A DNA stretch of 32,000 nucleotides from Candidatus Saccharimonadota bacterium (GTDB lineage Archaea; Nanohalarchaeota; Nanosalinia; Nanosalinales; Nanosalinaceae). The stretch lies in the NCBI RefSeq assembly GCF_029232205.1, contig NZ_CP107255.1:120001-152000 (forward strand), written 5' to 3'. The position numbers were made by a program, and so were the translations under genes. The notes beneath the pieces are model-generated. The model saw nothing but the letters and a program-made list of their open reading frames with translations, was not told the origin of the DNA and made no database searches. This document shows, one piece after another, positions 17,459 to 24,439 of this stretch. How positions within the stretch are numbered: the first letter of the stretch is position 1; each line of letters starts with the position of its first letter.

Positions 17459-17533
17459 TAGCGGGGCGTGGATTTGAACCACGGACCTCCGGGTTATGAG
17501 CCCGACGAGCACTCCTGGCTGCTCCACCCCGCT
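17459..17533 (-). tRNA. initiator tRNA-Met (anticodon CAT)
   Basis: The reverse complement reads AGCGGGGTGGAGCAGCCAGGAGTGCTCGTCGGGCTCATAACCCGGAGGTCCGTGGTTCAAATCCACGCCCCGCTA. It has the A1:U72 pair and three G:C pairs closing the anticodon stem, both typical of archaeal initiator tRNA. No CCA is encoded. Confidence 0.92.
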
Positions 17534-17600
17534 TTTCCGGTTAGTATAAACTTTTCAGATTGACAATCTTTTAAACCATAACCTTCCGAAGTTTTAATCT

Positions 17601-18263
17601 ATGGCCAAGGTTCTAGGAATCGACGAGGCAGGAAGAGGCCCAGTAATAGGCTCAATGTTTGTAGGAGGGTTTCTGATAGAGGAAAATGATATTGAGAAAA
17701 TTGAAGAGCTAGGAGTAAAGGATTCGAAAAAGCTCTCTGAGAAGAAAAGAGAATCAATCAGAGATCAACTTGAAGAGTATGGAGAGGCCTTCCTGAAAGA
17801 GGTTACTGCTGAGGAAATAGATGAGCTTAGAGGAGTAATGTCGTTAAATGAGATAGAAGTCAAGGCCTTTACTGATGTTATTGGAAGGACTGAGGCTGAT
17901 AAGGTGATTGTTGATCTGCCGGAGCCGAATGCTGAGAGGTTTATCAACAAGTTGAAGGATCAGCTTCCTGATCGTTTTGGAGGTGTGGAGTTTGTTGCAG
18001 AGCACGGTGCTGACGATACTTTTCCGGTTGTCTCCGCGGCCTCTATTGTTGCAAAGTCTGCGAGAGAGACCCACATCGAGGAATTGAAGCAGAAGTATGG
18101 CTATGATTTTGCGTCCGGTTATCCGCATGATTCTCCTACTACAGAGTTTCTGGAGAAGTATGTCGAGGAGAAAGGAGAGCTTCCTCCGGAGACCAGGAAA
18201 TCCTGGAGTACTGCTGAGAGAATTTTGAAGGAGGCCTCACAGAAAGGCCTTGGAGACTTTTGA
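17601..18263 (+). CDS. rnhB: ribonuclease HII
   Basis: 220 aa with 'VLGIDEAGRGPVIGSMFVGG' (catalytic DEAGRG), 'VKDSKKLS' and 'ADDTFPVVSAASIVAK'. Confidence 0.95.
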   Translation: MAKVLGIDEAGRGPVIGSMFVGGFLIEENDIEKIEELGVKDSKKLSEKKRESIRDQLEEYGEAFLKEVTAEEIDELRGVMSLNEIEVKAFTDVIGRTEADKVIVDLPEPNAERFINKLKDQLPDRFGGVEFVAEHGADDTFPVVSAASIVAKSARETHIEELKQKYGYDFASGYPHDSPTTEFLEKYVEEKGELPPETRKSWSTAERILKEASQKGLGDF

Positions 18264-18362
18264 TGAGGTAGAACTGTCCACCTGCTTCGTTTGGCAGTGG
18301 CAGGAAGGCCTCGGTGATTTCTGATAACAAGTCTAAAAATTTCCGGGTATTAATTCTATTTT

Positions 18363-18905
18363 ATGATTACCGCAAAAATTACTGACAGTTCTGTCAAGGT
18401 ATGGGATGAAGAAGATGCCGAGGAAGTTCACAGCGAGAAATACTATGGGAAGCTGATGGATGATGGCCGTCTGGAGCTTTCTTTTTCCGAGGCCTTTCAT
18501 CTTTTTGAGAGAGATGAGATCGAGATTGAGGATGAGTCAGGTGAAGGCCTTGAAAGAGAGGAGGTTTTCCAGAAGTTCTGTGATATCGATGAGGAGTTCG
18601 ATCAGAAGTATACTGTTTACTCCGATCTCCGTGAGAGAGGTTATATTGTGAAGAGCGGTTTCAAGTTCGGATCTCATTTCAGAGTTTATCCGCGAGGTGT
18701 TAATCCTTATGCAGAAGGTGAGAAGAGGGATAGGCAGCACACAAAGTATCTTGTTCATGCTGTTCCCGAGAATCATACAATGAGTTTCCAGGAGATGTCT
18801 CGTGCAGCTAGACTTGCTCAGAATGTCCGGGCGACAATGCTCTGGGGAGTAGTTGACTCAGAGAACGACGTCACTTACTACGAAGTTGAAAGAACAACTC
18901 TCTAG
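18363..18905 (+). CDS. endA: tRNA-splicing endonuclease, short (alpha4-type length) subunit
   Basis: 180 aa. 'YSDLRERGYIVKSGFKFGSHFRVYPRG...HTKYLVHAVPEN...ARLAQNVRATMLWGVVD...VTYYEV' aligns along its length with M. jannaschii EndA (sequence recalled from memory). Confidence 0.85.
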   Translation: MITAKITDSSVKVWDEEDAEEVHSEKYYGKLMDDGRLELSFSEAFHLFERDEIEIEDESGEGLEREEVFQKFCDIDEEFDQKYTVYSDLRERGYIVKSGFKFGSHFRVYPRGVNPYAEGEKRDRQHTKYLVHAVPENHTMSFQEMSRAARLAQNVRATMLWGVVDSENDVTYYEVERTTL

Positions 18906-19855
18906 AATCTTGCAACTTCAAAAAAACTGTTCTTTCTACCATATCTCTCTTTCAGTTTCTTGCCGTACCACAGGCCTACTAGCAGTCCGGTGAGGTGGGC
19001 TGAGCTTGCGAAGAAACCGATTACTGGCAGGGTTACGCCTCCAAGTTTGAACAGGAGATTGATTGCTTCCAGGCCTCCAAATGCAAGTACTGCTGTTCTA
19101 ATCTTCATAGGGATAAAGAAGTACAGCAGAACTTCGGCTTCTGGGTAGAGCATTGCGACAATTCCAAGGAATGCAATGACTGCTCCTGAAGCTCCTACAG
19201 CAGGACTCAGGGTAGGCATGCCTCCAACTGTAGGCCCGTACATGTAGTACAGAATATTTCTGAACAGTACGAATCCTATGCTTGCTGCCAGGCCTGATAT
19301 TACGTAGATTTTCAGTGTTTCTCTGGAACCGATTGTTTTCTCTACCACTGATCCGAAAAAGTAGAACGTCACCATGTTCGCGAACAGGTGGAAGAAGCCT
19401 GAGTGCAATAGCATCACTGTCAGCAATGTCCATGGCTGTTTAATCAGCGTGCTGTTAAGCATCTGCTGGCCTGTAGCTGCGTTGATTGCATCGACAGCAG
19501 CCTGAGATAGCGCTGGTGAAAGCTGCATAAAGTTGACGTAGGCTGTCGAGGCCTGAAGTAAAAATGATAGTACTGTTACTGCAATTATTCCGTAAGTGGC
19601 ATTGTTTTTGATCGTTCTGACTGCATCTCTTGCCAGCGATGATTTAGGTCTCTTAGGCTGGCCTTTGTGGGTTTCCTGTTTCAGTTTCTTTTCCTCAAAC
19701 CATTTACGAGTCTCTTCCTTCTCCTGCTTAACTCCTTTCTCAAGGCCTTCACAGTCGTGGTTCTCAGGAAGACGGTGCTCTGAACAGAACTTATCATTAC
19801 AGTAGCGACATGTAAATGTCATCGCTTTCTTTCCACATTTCGAGCACTCGCCCAT
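18902..19855 (-). CDS. AN1-type zinc finger fused to a rhomboid family intramembrane serine protease
   Basis: AN1 pattern 'CSKCGKKAMTFTCRYCNDKFCSEHRLPENHDC'. Rhomboid motifs are 'HSGFFHLFANM' (HxxxN), 'GASGAVIAFLG' (GxSG) and 'SSAHLTGLLVG' (catalytic His). Confidence 0.85.
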   Translation of the reverse strand: MGECSKCGKKAMTFTCRYCNDKFCSEHRLPENHDCEGLEKGVKQEKEETRKWFEEKKLKQETHKGQPKRPKSSLARDAVRTIKNNATYGIIAVTVLSFLLQASTAYVNFMQLSPALSQAAVDAINAATGQQMLNSTLIKQPWTLLTVMLLHSGFFHLFANMVTFYFFGSVVEKTIGSRETLKIYVISGLAASIGFVLFRNILYYMYGPTVGGMPTLSPAVGASGAVIAFLGIVAMLYPEAEVLLYFFIPMKIRTAVLAFGGLEAINLLFKLGGVTLPVIGFFASSAHLTGLLVGLWYGKKLKERYGRKNSFFEVARF

Positions 19856-19883
19856 GAAAAGGCCTTACTCAAGTATCTTTTTA

Positions 19884-20144
19884 TCAATCTTCATCGCTCA
19901 ACGACTCAACTATTCCGCTCATATCGCCGTTAAAACTTTCATGCCAGCTCTCAGCGTAACCTTCTGGATCAAAACAAGGATTTCTTCTGTCATAGGCCTC
20001 ATCGTATGCTTCTGCATAAGAGGCCGCATTTTCAAAGCTCTCAAAGTATTCTTCAACATCTTCAGCTACTTCTAAAACATTTTCACGGTATCTTCCTTCA
20101 ACAAGCCCGTTTTCGATATCCTCCACTACATCCTTAATAGACAT
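19884..20144 (-). CDS. hypothetical small acidic protein (86 aa)
   Basis: Intact ORF downstream of glyS on the same strand. No motif recognised. Confidence 0.4.
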   Translation of the reverse strand: MSIKDVVEDIENGLVEGRYRENVLEVAEDVEEYFESFENAASYAEAYDEAYDRRNPCFDPEGYAESWHESFNGDMSGIVESLSDED

Positions 20145-20165
20145 GTGTAACCAACCACATCAATT

Positions 20166-20181
20166 TTTAGGCCGGCCTAAA
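20166..20181. promoter_or_regulatory. 16-nt perfect palindrome TTTAGGCCGGCCTAAA in the promoter position of the 86-aa gene
   Basis: Read directly from the sequence. It lies 22-37 nt upstream of the ATG at 20144 (minus strand), between A/T-rich tracts where a BRE/TATA would be expected. Confidence 0.3.
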
Positions 20182-20229
20182 CTTAAAAAAGAGATTGGAG
20201 CAGGGTATCGAATTTATGATAAGGCTGAA

Positions 20230-20254
20230 GAAAAAAGGAGGCCTGAAGGCCTCT
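20230..20254 (-). terminator. hairpin plus T6 tract at the glyS 3' end
   Basis: On the minus strand, GAGGCC-TTCA-GGCCTC (20238-20253) is built from two AGGCCT copies and overlaps the TAG stop. It is followed directly by CC-TTTTTT. Confidence 0.45.
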
Positions 20255-21962
20255 AGAGGTATTCTGCTAGTTTGCTGATCTCTACACGTTCCTGTTCTGT
20301 GGAGTCTCTGTCTCTGACTGTTACTGTTTCTGGGTCTTCCTCAAGTGTCTCATAGTCGACTGTTACACAGACAGGTGTACCTACTTCATCCTGTCTTCTG
20401 TAACGCTTACCGATGTTTCCGGTATCGTCATACTTGACTGAGAATCCCTGATCTCTCAGCATGTCAGCTACGTCTCTGGCCTTCTCTCCCAGGCCTTCCT
20501 TATCCATAAGAGGGAAGACTGCAACTTCTGTCGGGGCAACAGACTCGGAAAGATGCAGCACAGTCCTCTTCTCATCGTCTACTTCGTCCTCATCGAATGC
20601 GTGGGCCAGAACGGTGTAGACAATTCTGTCAATACCGAATGAAGGCTCCACTACCTGAGGAAGGATGTGCTCTCCGTTCTCGGTAACTTTCTCAACAGAG
20701 AAGTTGCACTTGTCCGAAGGAACAGCATATTCCTCGCCGTCAACCTCTACAAGAACCTTGTCGGCCTCAAAGGCCTCAGGCTCTTCTTCAGCAAGGGCTT
20801 CCAGTTTCTCCTTAATTTTTCCGGCTTTATCGCCGAACTCTGGGCCTAAATAGCCCATGTCTGGACTGACAGTGTTTTTCTCTACTGTCTTCGGCTCGTC
20901 GTACTCTTTGAAGATGGTGTAGTCGTCACGACTGTACTGGTTGTGCTTTTTCAGGTCGTAGCAGCCTCTGTAAGCGAAACCGGTGATCTCAATCCAGTCA
21001 CCATCAACATGAGATTCAGCATCCCAGCAATCAGAGGCGTAGTGGGACAGCTCATCGTTCTGATGCTGTCTGAAACGGAAACGCTCCATATCGATGCCGA
21101 TAGACTCGTACCACTGCTTTGCGATACCGAGATAGTATGCAATCCAGTCGGACTCAACTACCTCATCGTCAACAGCTTCTTTGACTGTCATCTTGACAGC
21201 TTTGCCGTCTTCCTTGTCCTGCTCCTTGCGAGAGTAAAGCTTCAGCTCTACATCCTCGACATCCTCTATCGGAGGCCTATCTTCGTCAGGATCAATAAAG
21301 TGCTCAAGCTCTGCCTGAGTCAACTCTCTAACCCTTACAAGGCCTTTTCTCGGCGAAATCTCGTTCCTGTAGGCCTTACCTATCTGGGTAATACCGAATG
21401 GAAGCTGATTCCGTGCGTACTCCTTCAGTCTTGGAAACTCGACGAAGATACCTTGAGCTGTCTCTGGCCTGAGGTAGCCTGGCTGGCCGCTTCCAGGACC
21501 GATAGAGGTTTCAAACATCAAGTTGAAGTCTTCAACCTTTACTCCTGTCAGCTCCTCGCCGCAGCTCGGGCAGACAAGGTTATGTTCCTTGATCAGCTCT
21601 TCAATTTTCTTATTGGAGAAGGCCTCTGCCTCGTCGATTTCAGTATTGTCTTCTACCAGATGATCTGCTCTACTGGAGGTTCCACATTCTGGACACTCGA
21701 TTATCATGTCGTCGAAAGTATCCAGGTGGCCTGATGCCTCGAAAACTGCCTCGGGCATGATTGTCGGGGCCTCGATCTCTCTGTGGCCCAGGCTCTGTGA
21801 GAAAGTTTCTCTCCAGCTGTTCTCAACGTTTCTTTTGATTTCTGCTCCTTCTGGGCCGAAGGTTTGGAAACCTGCAGCACCGCCGTATGCCTCTGAACTC
21901 TGGAAGAAGAAACCTCTCCTCTTCGATAGCTCAGAAAGCTTTTCCGTAAGGGACTTGCTCAT
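20253..21962 (-). CDS. glyS: glycyl-tRNA synthetase (archaeal/eukaryal alpha2 type)
   Basis: 569 aa with 'RGFFFQSSEAYGGAAGFQTFGPEG', 'YLRPETAQGIFV', 'FGITQIGKAYRNEISPR' and 'VEPSFGIDRIVY'. Confidence 0.95.
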   Translation of the reverse strand: MSKSLTEKLSELSKRRGFFFQSSEAYGGAAGFQTFGPEGAEIKRNVENSWRETFSQSLGHREIEAPTIMPEAVFEASGHLDTFDDMIIECPECGTSSRADHLVEDNTEIDEAEAFSNKKIEELIKEHNLVCPSCGEELTGVKVEDFNLMFETSIGPGSGQPGYLRPETAQGIFVEFPRLKEYARNQLPFGITQIGKAYRNEISPRKGLVRVRELTQAELEHFIDPDEDRPPIEDVEDVELKLYSRKEQDKEDGKAVKMTVKEAVDDEVVESDWIAYYLGIAKQWYESIGIDMERFRFRQHQNDELSHYASDCWDAESHVDGDWIEITGFAYRGCYDLKKHNQYSRDDYTIFKEYDEPKTVEKNTVSPDMGYLGPEFGDKAGKIKEKLEALAEEEPEAFEADKVLVEVDGEEYAVPSDKCNFSVEKVTENGEHILPQVVEPSFGIDRIVYTVLAHAFDEDEVDDEKRTVLHLSESVAPTEVAVFPLMDKEGLGEKARDVADMLRDQGFSVKYDDTGNIGKRYRRQDEVGTPVCVTVDYETLEEDPETVTVRDRDSTEQERVEISKLAEYL

Positions 21963-21984
21963 GCAGAAACACCTGAACTGGAAA

Positions 21985-21992
21985 TTTTTATA
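21985..21992 (-). promoter_or_regulatory. TATA box of glyS (leaderless spacing)
   Basis: The minus strand reads GCTATAAAAATTTCC, with the TATA centre about 26 nt upstream of the glyS ATG at 21962. Confidence 0.4.
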
Positions 21993-22053
21993 GCAGAAGC
22001 TAAGATTTTAGAATTGTCGTAAATGCTATCGTGTGGCTGCCGTAAACGGCAGT

Positions 22054-22070
22054 CCAAAACGTCCACCTTT
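22054..22070 (-). repeat. copy A of the GGTGGACGTTTT(T)GG motif (inverted orientation)
   Basis: The minus strand reads GAAAGGTGGACGTTTTGGACTGCCG. The first 16 nt are identical to copy B. It is followed by a hairpin (22035-22054 on the plus strand: GGCTGCCG-TAAA-CGGCAGTC). Confidence 0.7.
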
Positions 22071-22157
22071 CATTGTATCTAAACCTTCTGACCAGATTCT
22101 TAAATACTGCTTGGAAACCTTAAAAACGATCGAAGTATTACATCGTAATACGGCGCT

Positions 22158-23318
22158 ATGAACTCTATAGAAGACATCGATGTAAAGGGCCAGAAACTAC
22201 TTCTCAGAACAGATCTAAACCTTCCTGTAGAGGACGGAGAACCTCAGAAAACAGTAAGATTCAGGAGATATCTGAAAACAATTGAAGAACTATCTGACAG
22301 AGGAGCGAAAACAGTGATTATGGCCCATCAGGGAAGGCCTGGAAGAAACGACTTCCTATCTCTTGAAGAACACGCCGAAATACTCTCAGAATCAATGGAT
22401 AAAGAAGTAGAATTTATTCCAGGTTTCTTCGGATCAGAACTATCCAATACTGTCGAAGAAATGCAGGAAGGAGATGTAGCGCTTATAGAAAATGTAAGAT
22501 TTCTTTCAGAAGAACTCAGAAATGCATCTCCGGAACAACACGCTCAGGACATATTTGTGAACAAGATGGCTCCAGAATTTGATATCTACGTAGATGATGC
22601 ATTCTCAGCAGCACACAGATCTCACGGATCTATGGTGGGATTCACAGAAAAACTTGATTCATACGCAGGTCCTGTCATGAAAAACGAACTGGAAAGCTGC
22701 GGAAAAGTCCGAGACGAATTTGAAAATGGCCTGCTGGTGCTTGGAGGAGAAAAACCTTCGGACCTGATAGGCATCATGGAGGAAATGATCGAATCAGTCG
22801 ACAAAGTACTGATGGGAGGAGTACCTGGAGAACTAGCACTGATGATACAGGGCCACGAACTCGGAGAAAAAGCAGAATGGATTCAAGAACACGGCTTCGA
22901 CTCCAAAAAAGACGAACTCAAGGAAATGCTCGAAAACTACAACGAAAAAATAATCCTGCCAGAAGACGTCACAACAGAATCAGGAAACTACAAAGTAGGA
23001 GAAGTACCAGACGAAATGACCTGGGACATCGGCCCAGAAACAGCAGAAAACTTCGCAGAAGAAATCAGAAATGCAGAATCTGTGGTAATGAAAGGCCCTA
23101 TGGGCGCATTCGAAGAACATCCGGAAGGAACCAGAAAAGTAGTAGAGGCAATGGCAAAATCGGAGGCCTATACGGTGCTTGGAGGAGGCCACACTTCCTC
23201 ACTAGTCCAGAGATTTGGATACGAGCTTGAAGATTTCTCACATGTATCAATTGCTGGAGGAGCTTTCGTAAGATATCTGAGTGGCGAGAAACTAGCTGCC
23301 GTAGAGGCCCTGAAATAG
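22158..23318 (+). CDS. pgk: phosphoglycerate kinase
   Basis: 386 aa with 'LLLRTDLNLPV', 'MAHQGRPG', 'LIENVRFLSEE', 'DAFSAAHRSH' and 'GGGHTSS'. Confidence 0.95.
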   Translation: MNSIEDIDVKGQKLLLRTDLNLPVEDGEPQKTVRFRRYLKTIEELSDRGAKTVIMAHQGRPGRNDFLSLEEHAEILSESMDKEVEFIPGFFGSELSNTVEEMQEGDVALIENVRFLSEELRNASPEQHAQDIFVNKMAPEFDIYVDDAFSAAHRSHGSMVGFTEKLDSYAGPVMKNELESCGKVRDEFENGLLVLGGEKPSDLIGIMEEMIESVDKVLMGGVPGELALMIQGHELGEKAEWIQEHGFDSKKDELKEMLENYNEKIILPEDVTTESGNYKVGEVPDEMTWDIGPETAENFAEEIRNAESVVMKGPMGAFEEHPEGTRKVVEAMAKSEAYTVLGGGHTSSLVQRFGYELEDFSHVSIAGGAFVRYLSGEKLAAVEALK

Positions 23319-23360
23319 TCAGAAAATATTTTTTAATCCTTCTTCCAAATTAAATGCCGT

Positions 23361-24122
23361 ATGAAAGTAGTGAAGAAAGGAGAAGGACAACCAGAATATA
23401 CTGTCCTAGGATCAATACACGGTGACGAGCCCGCAGGAAAGAAAGCTATCGAAAAATTTCTCTCAGAAGAAAGAGAGTTCAAAAAACCGGTACAGTTCAT
23501 AATAGGGAATGAAAAAGCGCTTGAAGCGGATGAAAGATATCTTGAGGCCGATTTAAACAGATCTTTTCCTGGAGACAGCAGCTCAGAACTTCACGAGGAA
23601 AAGCTGGCCTCTAAAATTCTCGAAAAAGTAAAAGGCACCGAGCTACTAGATATACACACTACAAGATCCTATCCTGTGCCTTTCGCAACATGTTCTACTC
23701 TAGAAGAAGAGAAGGTTCTTGATCTGGTTAGATCTACGGGAGTCAAGGAGGCCGCATACTTCTCGAAGGATCAAGGAAATATTACAGAGCATGTGGATGG
23801 TGTTGTGGTTGAAACAGGATACCAGAAAACAGAACAGGCCGCAGAAAATGCCCTAGGAGTAATCAAAAACTTTCTGATCTGCCAGGAAGCAATAGAAGGA
23901 AAGGGCCGCAGATGCAACCCTGAATTCTTCGAAGTAACTGATAGAGTTGATGGAGACTGGAACTTCAAAGCCGAGAACTTCAAGAAGGTAGAGGAAGGCG
24001 AGGCCTACGCTGAAAAGAAAGGTGCAGAACTGGAGGCCACAGAAGAGTTCTACCCGGTACTCATGTCAACAAACGGGTATAATGGCACACTAGGATACAG
24101 AGCCCAGAAGAAAGAAATTTAA
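23361..24122 (+). CDS. succinylglutamate desuccinylase/aspartoacylase (AstE/AspA, M14-like) family zinc hydrolase
   Basis: 253 aa with 'VLGSIHGDEPAGKKAI', 'ADLNRSFPG' and 'LLDIHTT', typical of the AstE/AspA deacylase family. Confidence 0.7.
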   Translation: MKVVKKGEGQPEYTVLGSIHGDEPAGKKAIEKFLSEEREFKKPVQFIIGNEKALEADERYLEADLNRSFPGDSSSELHEEKLASKILEKVKGTELLDIHTTRSYPVPFATCSTLEEEKVLDLVRSTGVKEAAYFSKDQGNITEHVDGVVVETGYQKTEQAAENALGVIKNFLICQEAIEGKGRRCNPEFFEVTDRVDGDWNFKAENFKKVEEGEAYAEKKGAELEATEEFYPVLMSTNGYNGTLGYRAQKKEI

Positions 24123-24152
24123 TACTGGGCCTCAACTTTTTCTTATGGCTCA

Positions 24153-24171
24153 GAAAGGTGGACGTTTTTGG
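24153..24171 (+). repeat. copy B of the GGTGGACGTTTT(T)GG motif
   Basis: GAAAGGTGGACGTTTTTGG lies 31 nt after the M14-like gene stop. It forms an inverted pair with copy A and a direct repeat with copy C. Confidence 0.7.
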
Positions 24172-24424
24172 CCTACCGCAAAATAATTCTCTGAGCCCTA
24201 GCTACATGCAAATCTCTTCTATCAAAAATATCTCCTGGCAAAAATATTTCCATAACGCAAAACTATTCTAGCAACTCCTAAGGATGTTTATCTAGCTCTA
24301 GCTGTGCTTATTTCAAATCTTAACGCTCTTTAACTTATTTAAAGCTTCTCTGCTCTTTTTTGCTTACGTGATTTGACTTATGGAATCAGAAGAAAACTAT
24401 TCGACATCGGAAGCCCGAGAACAG

Positions 24425-24439
24425 GGTGGACGTTTTTGG
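24425..24439 (+). repeat. copy C of the GGTGGACGTTTT(T)GG motif, overlapping the GTG start of the next CDS
   Basis: GGTGGACGTTTTTGG is 15/15 identical to copy B. The predicted GTG start at 24426 lies inside it. Confidence 0.7.

Noticed and set aside
18258-18330. TGATGA ... CTGA in the rnhB-endA spacer as a second C/D box sRNA.
   Set aside because: The 'C box' is just the rnhB stop codon TGA followed by another TGA. There are no credible D'/C' boxes, and the only C'-like element (GTGATTT) abuts the CTGA, so there is no guide region. There is also no flanking stem.
20943-21734. Long ORFs in the six-frame track run antisense to, or out of frame with, the called genes. Examples are 20943-21734 (+, 263 aa, antisense to glyS), 29849-30502 (-, 217 aa, antisense to pheT), 10804-11298 and 11374-11796 (+, antisense to smc), and 3582-4235 (-, out of frame with the BI-1 gene).
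   Set aside because: Their translations are low-complexity S/L/F/R-rich strings, as expected from the antisense of GAA/GAG/GAT-rich acidic genes. The overlapping frames carry clear family motifs, and the antisense ORFs have no start-context or promoter support.
22026-22073. Each copy of the GGTGGACGTTTT(T)GG motif sits inside an ATG-initiated micro-ORF. These are MKGGRFGLPFTAATR* (minus strand, 22073-22026, upstream of glyS), MAQKGGRFWPTAK* (24145-24186) and MESEENYSTSEAREQGGRFWKP* (24380-24448). It was tempting to read these as GGRF(W) leader peptides, for example a tandem-Gly attenuator for glycyl-tRNA synthetase with the downstream hairpin.
   Set aside because: Copy A differs from B by a 1-nt indel that shifts the reading frame, yet the nucleotide similarity continues past it (GGACTGCCG versus GGCCTACCG). 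Copies B and C are identical even at synonymous positions. Conservation is therefore at the nucleotide level, not the peptide level. The peptide idea is kept only as a low-probability alternative, testable by ribosome profiling.
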